NCBI GenBank assembly: GCA_051362555.1
Contig: CM120640.1
Span: 34,181,967-34,245,966, forward strand
DNA: 64,000 nt
Reading direction: 5' to 3'
Source of the DNA: Lingula anatina
Taxonomy: Eukaryota; Animalia; Brachiopoda
Both the position numbers and the translations under genes were made by a program. This document shows, in pieces, positions 47,442 through 59,641 of this stretch; position 1 is the first letter of the stretch, and every line of letters begins with the position of its first letter. The notes under the pieces were generated by a model, which made no database searches, had not been told where the DNA came from, and worked only from the letters and a program-made list of their open reading frames with translations.

Positions 47442-50400
47442 ATGCCGACATTCAAAGGTAATACAGTCTCAACTATATTTATTATTAACAGAGATCGATA
47501 ATAAAAATTCAGTCTGTCTCTTAAATGTAACTGATTACTCTTAAACTATAAAACGGATAGTCCTTAGTTTGTCTGGTCCATTGTGGCATGAGATTTTGGA
47601 AGAATAATCAATGCAAGGACCGTCAAGGATCCACTAATCAGAATAAATTATCAATCTAGAGCTGTCGAAAAGATTTCTTAGATCTACAAATAACAGCTCA
47701 GACAATTTATAAAGATACTGATTTTTATTTCGACAATTAAATTAATTTTAGCGGTCAGTATTTTACATTTAATTTACATCAAAGTTTATACAGACTTTAC
47801 AGTTGTAATCAATTTATACAGGCTCAGCTCATATGACACTATAGAATTAAAAGTGATTGATATTAGAAATCAATCTGCCATTGAAATTTTGCTGATGTGA
47901 AGCCCTTAAAGTCTAATGTTTCATTTATTCATAGCCATGGCCGATTTGTTTGGAAATAATGTACTCAGCTACTGGCATGCTAACATATACATACGTATAT
48001 AAGAGAATTGAAAAATAACACTTATTATCATAATTGATGTGCATATTGCCTGTATTTGTAGAATGTATTAGAGAGAAAAACAACTCTTTTACCCCTATTA
48101 TGTGAAATGTGTGTCATTTCCCTCAACCCAAACATAATGCTATCACAAAATAATCAGGTGTGCTTTTATAGTTCACAAAATACATTTTCAGTGAATGTGA
48201 AATGGGGCAAGGAGAAGTTCACAGATGTTGAGTGTAATACAGATGAGCCCCCTCTTTTGTTCAAAAGTCAGTTGTTTGCTCTCTCTGGAGTTCAGCCTGA
48301 CAGACAGAAGGTTATGATGAAAGGAGCTGTATTAAAGGTGAGTTTTTAAAAATCTTATATAGATTCAAATTAAACATATTTGCTTTGCTTAAACAAGCTG
48401 CTAATGACAGCCATCTGATTAACACTTGTATTTATCTATTGCAGGATGAAGAATGGGGGAACATGAAGCTGAAAGATGTAAGTAACTGATAGTAATTTCA
48501 GAATAGAAGCACTAGCAAAATATCATTTGGTAATCTGAGTTTAAACATCCATATTAGTCTGTCATGATCTTTAAGGCATAAGCTGACTGGATTGAGGTAT
48601 ATGAATAAAAACTGAATAATTAAAAAAAAAAAATAACAGTGATTGCACTAACCTGGAAGATTTAATTGATAAATATAAATGGTTTTTCTTTTCCCAGGGT
48701 GCTACATTGCTGATGATGGGCACTGCTGATGCACTGCAGGAACCAGTAGAGAAGACTGTGTTTATGGAGGACATGAATGAAGAACAGCTTGCTACAGCTG
48801 TAAGTGGAATGCATTTGTCTTATACAAACACATATAGTTTGCTTTTATTTGGTGTGATATAAACTCAAGAAATGCATACATAAATATAGGGAAGCATGCT
48901 TGGAATTTGGAAGTGTTGCTTTCTGTAGTATTTTTTTAAACGGATTTTTAATTTGAGGAAGATCTGCTTCATATTCTTCTCTCTCCCTCTCTCTCTCTCA
49001 TCTGGAAGTCAAACATTTTCCTTGATTTCAGATGGAGCTACCAGCAGGGTTGAACAACCTGGGAAATACCTGTTATATGAATGCCACAGTGCAGTGTCTG
49101 AAGGCAGTGCCAGAGCTGAGAGAAGCTATTAACAAGTAATGACCAACTTGCAGACTTTATTATTTGTTTTTAAACACTAATGGTTTGTCCAGTTAATATG
49201 ACACATTAAACCCACACCACAAACACACACTTTCAAACGAATGATAGTTTTTTAATTGATGTAAAATTAACACATCTGCCAACCTTTCTCTCAAAATTAA
49301 TGTGATGATAAATCCATAAATAGCATGAAGGGCATAATGTACAACACAATGCTGATGATGGACAAGGAGCATCTCTTAATCCTTTTTGATGAGGATTTTA
49401 TTTAATTTATTTTGTTTTGTCCCATATGCTTCTTTTGCAATTTCAGAGTTGTTGGTCATCCCAATGTTGGAGCTGGTGTATTTAACCCATCATATGCTGT
49501 TACAACAGGTTAGAAAGAATCTGTTAAATTTATTTGAAATATATGCTGGCTTGTTGGATGGGCATGATTACTGATTGAATTGAATATGCAGGCATAATAT
49601 ACAACTTCTACTTATATTTTCCAACATGGCAAACTCGACTGACTGAAAGCACTGAAAATTATTAAAATTAAACAAAAGCTTTGAAAATTTGATAAAAGCC
49701 TTAGCCCTAAAGAGGTTAAAATTTATACTTAAATATCACTTTCATATATGATATGTGTGTTTTAGCTCTGAGGGATCTGTATGCCTCCATGGACAAGTCT
49801 AATACAGTTCCTCCCCTTATACTGCTGAGCATACTGCAGATGGTGTTCCCCCAGTTTGCTGAGAAAGAAAGCGAACATGGAAATTGGGCTCAGCAGGTAC
49901 AAATTTTTAAACAATTCTTTCAGATTTTCCTTATATTGAAGTTTTATCAACAAAATATACCTGAAGATGTCATAATTTGATTTTTTAAAAATGTATGATA
50001 TCAATATATTTTTTAAAGTTAAAACATGGAACAATTGAAGTAATGCTCTGTTTAAAAAAGCACTGGCATGGTGTACTTATTTATTTATTTATTTATTTAT
50101 CTTTTGTGTGCGTGTGTAATAAAACAGTAATGAAATATGGTACATTTTTATTTTCAAACAGGATGCCAATGAATGTTGGACACTGATAGTGAGATGTCTC
50201 CAGCAAAAACTGACAGCCCTGGAAGACTCTACACCAGTAAGTACTCTCATTAGAAAGCATTTTCAGTAGAAATTTTACTCCTCTGCAAATTTTATCAGCA
50301 TTGTAATGCTGAATGGTATAGTTAATTTCTCTCAAATATATTTCTAATTAGTATACAATGTATATAGGTATTTATGTATATAGGTTTTTTGATGTGCAAT

Positions 50401-53400
50401 ATATGATAGATAGCCTTTCCAGTTAACAGTATTTCTTCTGTTGCACATAAATGTTTAGCTACACATTGCCTCTAATCTGTTCATACAGGTACTCAAGTAT
50501 GCCTAAGTGAGTCATATTGCATCTCTGACTAATAAAGATGTTAAAAATAATTAGTAGATGAAATATATATATATCAATAGGATAACACAAGTTGCCATGT
50601 GTTTTAGGTTGATGGTTCCACCCCAGCACCCACCAGGGGGTTCATTGACCAGTTTATGGGAGTGGAGATGACTTCAACGTATCCTTTCTGATTGCATTAC
50701 CCCAGAAAAACATTCTTTTTATTGAGGGACATTACTGATTAACCCATTATCAAATTTGTTTGTTCTGTATTTGACTATTGTGTAAGTTAGTTAGGGTGTA
50801 TAATTTGATGTTTATGTCAACCTTAATTTTTACCAGAATGAAATGTGTTGAGGCTCCAGAAGAGCCACCAACTATAATGAAAGAGAATCTACTGCAACTG
50901 AGTTGCTTTATAGAAAAAGGTAAGGTTTGTTTGGGGTGGTTGATGAGGAAATCAAGTGATAGACACCCTGAGCTTCAGAGCTGACTTGACACTAACCTTT
51001 TCACTGTAGCCTATCTCCATCGTGTCAAGTAACCTCTGACCAGATTCGAGTGCTCCCGCCGCCCGCCAATCAAATTTAAAGCCCGCACTCAATGACTCAT
51101 TGAACGATCTAGCCAATGAACGCGAACGAGTCAAAGCGCGCTTTGTTCAAATCCGGACCAATCAAAGATAAGGCTGAATATCAGGGACTTGCCGTAACCT
51201 GTGGGCAGCACGCAAAATACATCATCCCTCAGTAGATAATGATGCAGGGCATCATACTGCTCTGGTTTCAATTCCGATATACTCCATGCTTTCTTTGTGT
51301 ACGGTTATGCACTCGGAACCACTCGGAACTACTCGGATGTCTCCGCACTCGACAATAACTATGTTGTTAGTATGGAGCTTGCGGAATCAGCCGAGGATTG
51401 CCGATTGACGATCAACCAATCAGCGTTTTCACCAAACTTTGGTGAAAAATTTTGAAACATGGATTCGATTGGCTTATATAAAATAGGTCAAACTATTTTC
51501 GTCAGAGGTTACTTGACACGATGGAGATAGGCTACAGTGAAAAGGTTAGTGTCAAGTCAGCTCTGAAGCTCAGGGTGGTGATAGAAAGATGAGATGTAAA
51601 ACTTTTCATAATGGAATACAGTAAATGATTTTCATGCACTTGTTTTTATTTTGGTTGTTATAATTTAAATGGATTGTAAATTTAATACTTTTCCATTTTC
51701 ATTTCAGATGTTAAATATTTGCAAACTGGTTTGAAATCAGTAAGTAGAAGATAAATGTTTTGCACGAATGAAAATTTTAAAGTTATATAAATGTTCTTAT
51801 ATTTGTGCCTCATTAGAATGTGGAATACAATATATAGTAATATAAAGCTGTGTATATTTGAACAGTGTCCTTGTCTATACATTGTATTTGTAAATATTAT
51901 CATATTTTTTCTTTTCTTACCTTAGTTTTTCATTCTTTTTACAGAGACTTGAAGAACATATAACAAAAAATTCCCCCACACTAGGTAGAGATGCACAGTA
52001 TGAAAAAACAGTAAGTACACTTTTTTGCAATGATGTATTTCATTTTCAAAACCGTAATGGCAAGAACTTTAACATTAATTTTCATTAAATTGAATTATAC
52101 ATTTATAACATAGCTTATTAATCTGATTTCACCTGACATTTTAACAAAGGTTATAGATATCAAACCTTTCTTCATTTCCAGAGTAAAATTAGTCGTCTAC
52201 CAGCTTATTTAACAATCCAGTTTGTTAGATTCTTTTACAAGGAAAAGGAGGCTGTCAATGCTAAAATTTTGAAAGTAAGTGCCCATTGTTTCTACTTCTA
52301 TTGACGTCCACTTCATATTCATTCTGCTTTCATCTTCATATATGCCTCATCCAAGTTGGAGCATATATAGTAGGAGTGAATTAGATCAGTCACAGAATTA
52401 AGTAAATCTTGTGAAATGGGGATCATTACTTTTGGGCTAAGATTCGACAGATAAGGAAATATTTCTCAAGCAGTGGGTTAATAATTTTGTTCATCATCAT
52501 CATCATCATCTTCGGTTTTTCCAGGTCTTCAGTCCTGAATAAACAGGGTTAGACTTTTTCAAACATATGTCCCTCTTCCATTCTTGTCTGTTACTTGGAT
52601 CTGTATCTTCAGCTTGTATCTGTCTCTTGTCTGTGCTCACTGTGTTTAAAATACATGATAAAATTCAAAGAAATCTTACACCTTTTACAGGATGTGAAAT
52701 TCACAGAAATTTTGGACCTTTTTGACCTGTGTACTGAAGAACTGCAGCAAAAGCTGGTCCCAATGAGGACAAAGTTTAAGGAAGAGGAAGATAAAAATGT
52801 GGAGAGAGCAAATTTGGTAAGGCTATTTTCTCCTAACAATTTCCTTTATCCAAAAAAAAAAAGTACAAACAGTTACATGTTATTCAGCAATTATCCTTAT
52901 GTTTTGCATATTGCATTACCCTGTTACAACAGATTCCTTTTTTCAAAAGTTATTCCAGTTCTCAAAACTTGATCAGAAAATCTTATTACATACTCATCTT
53001 GAAATTGAAAATTATTATCTTTCAAGAGCTCTATTTGTCTTCTTGTTTATTTTTGGAGATATCAATTATTAAGGAGAAATGCACACTGTTGAAACTGAAA
53101 TATCGTTCTCTCACTCAGAATGTGAATCTCATTGTCTTTCAGTCCAAAGGCAAGAAAGGAGTCAAAAATGCTCCTGCTGTCCCTGAAAAGAAAACTAGAA
53201 AGGAGCCATTTTCATTTCCGGATGGTCAGTATACGCCTTCATAGTGTCCTGCACCTGATACTAATGCTCTCATTTAAACTCAAAAATATATGAAGCGATT
53301 ACAGTACATATATCATGTGTCAAATCATAAATTGAAATTAATTTGATATTTGGGTACATATTGTAATGTGTTTCATAAACAGGCTGCTTAAGATAAAAAT

Positions 53401-54306
53401 CTTTTTGCTTTCTGATATAAGTAATTTTATTTATTTATTTACTTATTTTTAGATACTGGTTCCAACAACAGTGGTTACTACAAGCTGAGGGCAGTGTTAA
53501 CCCACCGTGGCAGGTCAAGTTCCAGTGGACATTATGTATCCTGGGTCAGGAGAAAAGACACCGGTCAGTTTAGGTCTACAGTAGACTCTGCATAAGTAGT
53601 TGCCCTATAGTCTACTATAGCCCCAGTTATCATTAATCTGAACAAATCTTTTGGAAAGTATAATTGAAGATCAGGCACACATAGCTACTTCACACAGTGA
53701 TGAGGGAGCAGCATTTTTTCCTTCAGTCTTTCTAATTTAATACTACAGTACCTTGTTACCCTTATATCACTACAAGCAGTTACTTGGCTTTTCCATTCCA
53801 AAGAGTGGGACAAAGTACCATAGTTCATGAGGAATGATTTGTTTTTGTATTACATATAAGTATTATTATTATTACTTCATCTTATATTTTCAGATGAATG
53901 GCTCATGTTTGATGATGACAAAGTCAGTGTGGTAGAATCTGAAGACATCTTGAGACTCTCTGGAGGAGGTATTTAATGCTATCATATCTTGTTTGTGACA
54001 GTCTTATATCTTACGGTTAATTAAATGGCTTGGTAGTTTTCAAGTATATTTAAAGTATATCTCCTTTAAAATTTAAGAAATCCCTTATATATACAAATTT
54101 ATGGATATGTGGTCTAGGTTATTCATACCAATTAAAGAAGAATAAAAAATTCGAATTTTAAATAATTCACTTTCTGGTCATTTTTAGGTGACTGGCATTG
54201 TGCGTACTTCCTTGTATATGGTCCCAGGGTGTTGGAAATTGAGGAGGAAGAGGTTGAGGAGGGGGCAGGTGAAGGACAGGCAAAACCAATGGAAACCAGC
54301 AGCTAA
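47442..54306 (+). CDS. USP14: Ubiquitin carboxyl-terminal hydrolase 14 (UBL + USP domain), about 18 coding exons
   Basis: Motifs: MPTFKVNVKWGKEKF, FKSQLFALSGVQPDRQKVM, Cys box GLNNLGNTCYMNATVQCL, QQDANECW and ISRLPAYLTIQFVRFFYKEK. The His box reads VLTHRGRSSSSGHYVSWV, followed by LSGGGDWHCAY. Confidence 0.96.
50679..50836 (+). other. U12-type (minor spliceosome) GT-AG intron in USP14
   Basis: 5' splice site GTATCCTTT. Branch-site-like aaCCTTAAt lies 9 nt before the intron end, with no long polypyrimidine tract. Confidence 0.88.
50964..51577. mobile_element. 614-bp non-autonomous DNA transposon with perfect 77-bp TIRs and 8-bp TSD (gtgataga)
   Basis: 50964-51040 is the exact reverse complement of 51501-51577. 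The TSD lies at 50956-50963 and 51578-51585. Termini are CA...TG. Confidence 0.95.
52490..52620 (-). mobile_element. 3' end of an RTE-like LINE
   Basis: The minus strand encodes DPSNRQEWKRDICLKKSNP (DRxxW-type ORF2 end), followed by a short UTR and a (GAT)n tail. Confidence 0.5.
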
Positions 54307-56066
54307 ACTGGATAGTGATCTGACAAAAATGATTTAAGACCTCTAACAGTTACAGCCAAAATAGTAAATTGGTTTAATGTTTTGTTCATGTGATTTTTCT
54401 ATGCATTGTGTTGCATACAGTCTTGCTGCTGGTTTTACCTAAACCACTAAAACGTCAGTCTGCAAGTCGCACCTTGAAATATGTGCTGAATGTAGCTTTT
54501 AAATATTTGACTTGGAACCGAGATTTAAAGTGCCAGTATGACAGTGATGAAGTTATCTTGTTAAAATTGGACCTTTATCTGACAAGACCATTTTCGACAT
54601 TACATTTCGGGCATTAGATTGAATATCAAATTGCTTGAACACTGGATTCCTGAAAAAGGCTAAGTTTGACATTTGTGCCACTAATTTGATGACAAAGAGA
54701 ATGCTGTTGACAAATTCACAAAATTAAAATTTGTAAATAAATATATTTATTTGGCCATATGTGTCAGTTTTTTTTTTTTTCACGTATTGTTAATCTTTTC
54801 ATGTACAAAATGCCTTATGACAATATGGTTATTTGACACCATAAGTATTTTTACCAAATCTTGTACAGGGACAGATTTGACTGCAGCTTAAAAAATGAAG
54901 GTTGACAAATCTGATTAAACCTAGAATTACCTTAAAGAACATAAAATAAGACTTTTCACTCTGCTCTGTTGTTTGCATTGGGTCTAAGTGCTTGAAATGA
55001 TTATTTTGCTACTTTCATTTTGTTCAAGAATGTAGGTTGCAGCTTGATCCCTTATCAATTCCTGATACATGTTAAAACTCGGTACAACTTTAATTTTGAT
55101 GGATAGAGGTTTTCAGATAAATAAATAGATGAATGAAAATAACTGTTGCTTAAACATCAATATCTGTAAGGATTATCACTTATAAAAGCTCCCATATAAT
55201 TTAGTGAGATAAAAAATTATTAGCAGACATTTAGGTGTCACTACAGTCTGGCACCATATAATAAACATCAGACCGCAATAAAACTAGATATTCTTGTTTT
55301 ACCATAAAGTGATCCATAGCTCACATTAATATACATATCATACTGATAAATCTATGATGATATTCCTCAAACAGTTGCAGAAAAAAAGAGCAAAACTGAC
55401 AGGCCACTGTTACAGGGCAGAAGATCATTTCACATCTGATGTACTCTGAACATAGACTAAATGCTGATTCTGAAAAAAGACATAAACTAACTTTTATTAC
55501 CTCGATCATCTATACATAGGTTTGACAGTGTGTTAAGATAGATATATGACAATTTATTTTAGGGTGGTCCTATAAAGCAAATGGGCCATGATGATGAAAA
55601 AAGGCACTAAAATTGGCAAAAAAATTGACATTTTAGCTCAATAGTCCATTTTTAATTGACAATTCAGATGCAATTTAAACACAAACCGAAAATCGGCAAA
55701 TAAACAGACATTACTTTAAATAAAATCCATAAGTTTGCACACTAAGGGATAAATAATAATTCAGCATGATGGATTCTGGGAGATTGAGCGTTTGCACTGG
55801 AAGCATCACGTGTTTGCGAACTTCAGAAGCGTCTAGTCGACCCTCTTCTTGTGACATGCTAGATATTGCTCTTACTTCTACAGATTTTATGTTGGGAATA
55901 TACAGAATCACTTATCAGAATGGCAAAAAATCACTTCAGATATGATTGTTCTGAACATAGTAAAAATCTATAAAATTGAATTTGATTCCTTGCCTGTACA
56001 AAATTTTGAACCCAATGAATGCAAGTTTATGATACTGAAAAAGAGATAGGGGAAAATTTTGACAGA

Positions 56067-56175
56067 GGGCCTGGTCTGGCAGTGGAGAAATGATACGTTT
56101 GTTAGCTCTGAGCGCCTAATATGGCAGCTGGGGTGTATCCTCCCCAGGGAGGTGAGAGCGACTATAGGGTGCTCC
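56067..56175 (+). repeat. Partial copy of the SINE 3' portion seen at 57198-57296
   Basis: The shared sequence is cctggtctgg..gtg.agaaatgata...ctgagcgc.ta.tatggcagc.g.g.tgtatcctc.cc.gggaggtgagagcg.cta. Confidence 0.75.
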
Positions 56176-56548
56176 AAGGCCAAAAATGACCAGGGTTCTC
56201 TGACTTATATATATAATTTCAACCTTCAGGGCCTGGTTTCATTAAGGCTGGATAGGCTATCCTATGGATAACACTATCCAAGGTATAAATCTCTTATCCT
56301 CTGGATATTTATCCTCTGTATAAATTTGTGTTTCATAAATGCTGGATAAACAGCATGATAGTTATCCAGTAGATAAGAATTTTATCCAATACCATATTTG
56401 GAAAAAGACATTCCCATAATGCAATTGGTTGCTATAAACATTGTAAAAGCCATGATAGTTGCTAACAACAGAAGTGATCTATACCATATTTGGGAAATAT
56501 ATTACCCACAATACCCTTGTTCTGTCGTCTGCTTCTCTGTCTTGCAAG

Positions 56549-56944
56549 ATGGTGTCGGCTTTGGCAAGCAAAAGACAAAGAAAAGCTAATTGGAGCCATG
56601 CAGAGACATCTCTGTTGATTGAACTGTGTGAAAAAACCACACAGTAATAAGAAACAAACACACTTCCACCTTGGACAACAAGGCCAAGGTGTAAGTGTGG
56701 AAAACCATAGCAAAAGAGGTGTCATCAGTTGCTGTATCAATGAGAAGTGCAACAGAGTGCCGAGAGAAATGGAGACATCTCGTCTCTTCAGTGAAAAGGA
56801 CACACAGTAACCTAAGAAAGGCAAGAAAGCAGACTGGAGGGGGTCCACCACCCCAGGAGCTCAGCCCATCTAAATCAAAGATTGTAAATATATATGCTGG
56901 CACTCCAGCGTTTGATGGTTTGCCAGGAGGCATAGAGACAAGTG
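56549..56944 (+). pseudogene. Harbinger-type Myb/SANT-like DNA-binding gene remnant (one frameshift, one in-frame TAA)
   Basis: It reads KRQRKANWSHAETSLLIEL / NHTVIRNKHTSTLDNKAKV*VWKTIAKEV...RSATECREKWRHL...KQTGGGPP, then a gtaag donor. Upstream are a Harbinger-like terminus gggcctggtttcat at 56229 and tatcc/ggata repeats. Confidence 0.8.
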
Positions 56945-57082
56945 GTAAGATTCATTTTATTTTACTAACAAAAAATATTAACTAAATAACAGAAAATATT
57001 GTGAAGTATACTAAATACATACACATAATATTTTCCACCTTGTAAAATCTCTTGCTCTAATGTGTTAAGCTCCATAAAATAA

Positions 57083-57300
57083 ACCGACCGGATAGCCTCG
57101 GACTTGGGTTCAAAACCCGTCCGGGGACATACCAGTCCTTTATAAACGGTGCCTGCTGTCTCCCAGCTTGGCACTCAGCACTAAGGGGTTGAAGAAGGGA
57201 CCTGGTCTGGGAGTGCAGAAATGATATATATCTGAGCGCTTATATGGCAGCCGAGCTGTATCCTCTCCTGGGAGGTGAGAGCGTCTACAGAATGCACCAG
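57083..57300 (+). mobile_element. tRNA-derived SINE with Meta/MESC-like central domain
   Basis: A B-box gggttcaaaaccc is followed by cataccagtcctttataaacggtgcctgctgtctcccagcttggcactcagcactaagggg, similar to the Meta-domain core as I recall it. Confidence 0.6.
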
Positions 57301-57494
57301 TGCATAAACACCAAGAAATATGTCACTACCCAACACAAATATTAAAACACTTGGGATTAATTTTAGACTTTGTAAACATGACAGTAGCATTCAATCAAGA
57401 AAAAATTGACAAAATTCAAATTCAAAAGCCCCTATTAAAGGGTTTGACTCATTGTTAGACTGAAGAATGACCTCCATAAACTGGACAAAACGCA

Positions 57495-57720
57495 GATCTC
57501 GGACTTCCTAGATGATGCCATTGCCTTTACTGCAGACGAATTGCATGAGCTTGACTTGTGACAGCAAGTCTTACTAAAACCAGGACTTAAATTAAGCCTC
57601 AATTTAAGTCTCTGGCAAGTGAAATGCAGCCTGTCACTAATCTACCCTTTGGAGAAGATTTGGAAAAGACTGTTGAGGAACTGAAGAAGTCCCATAAAGT
57701 GTCAGCCACAGTAACTGTCA
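57495..57720 (+). mobile_element. DIRS-like retroelement gag fragment (degenerate)
   Basis: DDAIAFTADELHELDL*QQVLLKPGL / FKSLASEMQPVTNLPFGEDLEKTVEELKK resembles the DIRS ORF1 motif ELxxRRRxxLKPxL...PxTxxLFGxDL. Confidence 0.55.
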
Positions 57721-59641
57721 ATACAAGTAACAACAAGAAAAGAAATATTAAGCATGATGAGATCAAGCGCCCACCCTTTATCCACCCTTGGTTATCCACA
57801 TGGACCTTTATGTCTTAGAATGATGCTTCCAGTGCGCACACGCAATCTTGCTTGATCTCATCATGCTTAATATGATAAGGTAGAATCCCAATCAAATTTC
57901 ACCTTACCGAGGTAAGTCTTGTTTAATTTTTAAATCCTACATGCATTTCATGCAGCTTCCAGCAGGTTAAAAAAAGTTGTTATACAGTCCACAGATACAG
58001 ATGTAGTGATTATAGCTACCCTTGCATTAGGCTCAATGCATTTGATGAGCATGGTTCAAAATGGGTGTTTAAGACAAGACTCCAATATACAGAGTTCCAA
58101 TATACAGCATGTCTTAAGATCTGGGACCCGTGTTCTGATCACCCTGGCTTCAATGTACTGACGGAGGGTGATACCTCCAGCAGTGGTTGCAGTATAGGCA
58201 AGAAAAAAGGCATGGAAAGAACCCTGAACAACAGATGGCAAGAAGGAGAAGGAATCCTACAGCCACTCTTAGTGACCATAAAACCAGCGCCCAATGGACT
58301 TCGGGCACTGATTGCTTGTAAATGCAGTAAATCCTGTTGCATGTTAGTTAACCTGTATCCTTGCAGGGGGAAAAAGTTACCATGTACTCAATCATGCCTC
58401 TGTGAGCGGGGAGGAATGTGAAAACGTGTATGTGAACAGTGGATGCATCACAGGCAGTGAAGAAGATGAAAATGATATTTTGAAAATGTTGTAATGATCA
58501 TATTTTGCAAGGTGTCATTGAATATTTATTAAGAACATGAATATATGATTGCATAAATATTATGATTTAAATAAAATGTAAATGGGTCAAATTTGTTTTT
58601 GTACAATTTTGAAGTATCGCATTACAGCATTTATTAAAGTTATGCACGTGTGGACTTTTGTGAAAAACATTTGTTAATGGATAAGGGAAATTTCATTGTT
58701 CTAAGAACAATGTTTATAGAAATGTCATTGTCCAAATACTGCCAAATAAGCAAATCTGGCACAGTAGTAAAGAAAAGTAGACTGCTTCAATTATGATTAT
58801 AAAATGATTATTTGTCCCTTAGCTTGCCAGCTTAGGGATTTTACTGAAAGTGACAATGTCTGTTTATTCATGAATTTTCAGGGTTCAAATCAATTTTGAA
58901 TTTATGTCATTGTCAATTAAATATGGACTACTAGCTACAATGTCCATTTGTTGCACCTTTTGCCGACTTAAGCACCACTTTCATTGTCACAGCCAATTGG
59001 TTTTATAGGACAACCACCCTAAAATAAACCTTCATATATCTGTCTACCATAATACAGTGACAAACCGAGTATAGATTGCCGAGGAAATTAAAAAAAAAAT
59101 TCAGGCCTGTAGCGTCTAGCCTAATAAGACTACTTCAAAAACCCAGAAGAAGATCGAACAAAAAAAAAATTATTATGTAGACTGTGTGGCAAAAAACACA
59201 ATCATGAGGAAATTTAAGAACTTCCAAACCCCATGAATGATCAAGAGCTCTAGAGCATTACTGTGGCCCCGTATACACGACATGGTGATGATAATGAGGA
59301 TGTTAGGGAAGCACCTGATCCATCACTTTCATGCTCTTCAAAAGCTGACCAATTCATGCCCCTGATGCTCTTGACAATTGAAGCAGTCCAGGGCCTTTGA
59401 AATATAGGTCTGGCCAAAGTATTCTTCCTAACAATGTACAGATTTAGGTGACTCAGACATACAGCATAGCTCCTTACCCTTGTCCAACTTCAGGACCAGC
59501 TTTAGTGCTCAAGTTATGGATCTTATAACTGTATTAAAGGAAATCTCTCATTCAAAATGTGCATCAAAATTCCTTTCTACAGTTTCTTTTGATAGTTTGA
59601 TAGTTCTGTTCCAAGAGTCTGATGTAATGCTTATCATGCCA

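Larger units (their letters stand above)
55453..59123 (+). mobile_element. Decayed Academ-like DNA transposon with long degenerate TIRs (about 300 bp) and nested insertions
   Basis: Termini TAGactaaatgct / agcgtctagcCTA. 55490-55750 is an inverted match to about 58820-59100 (e.g. tttattttagggtggt-cctataaa versus tttataggacaaccaccctaaaataaa). Internal STDTDVVIIA and PAPNGLRALIACKCSKSCC...C..KKLPCTQSCLC remnants lie at about 57985-58420. Confidence 0.7.
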
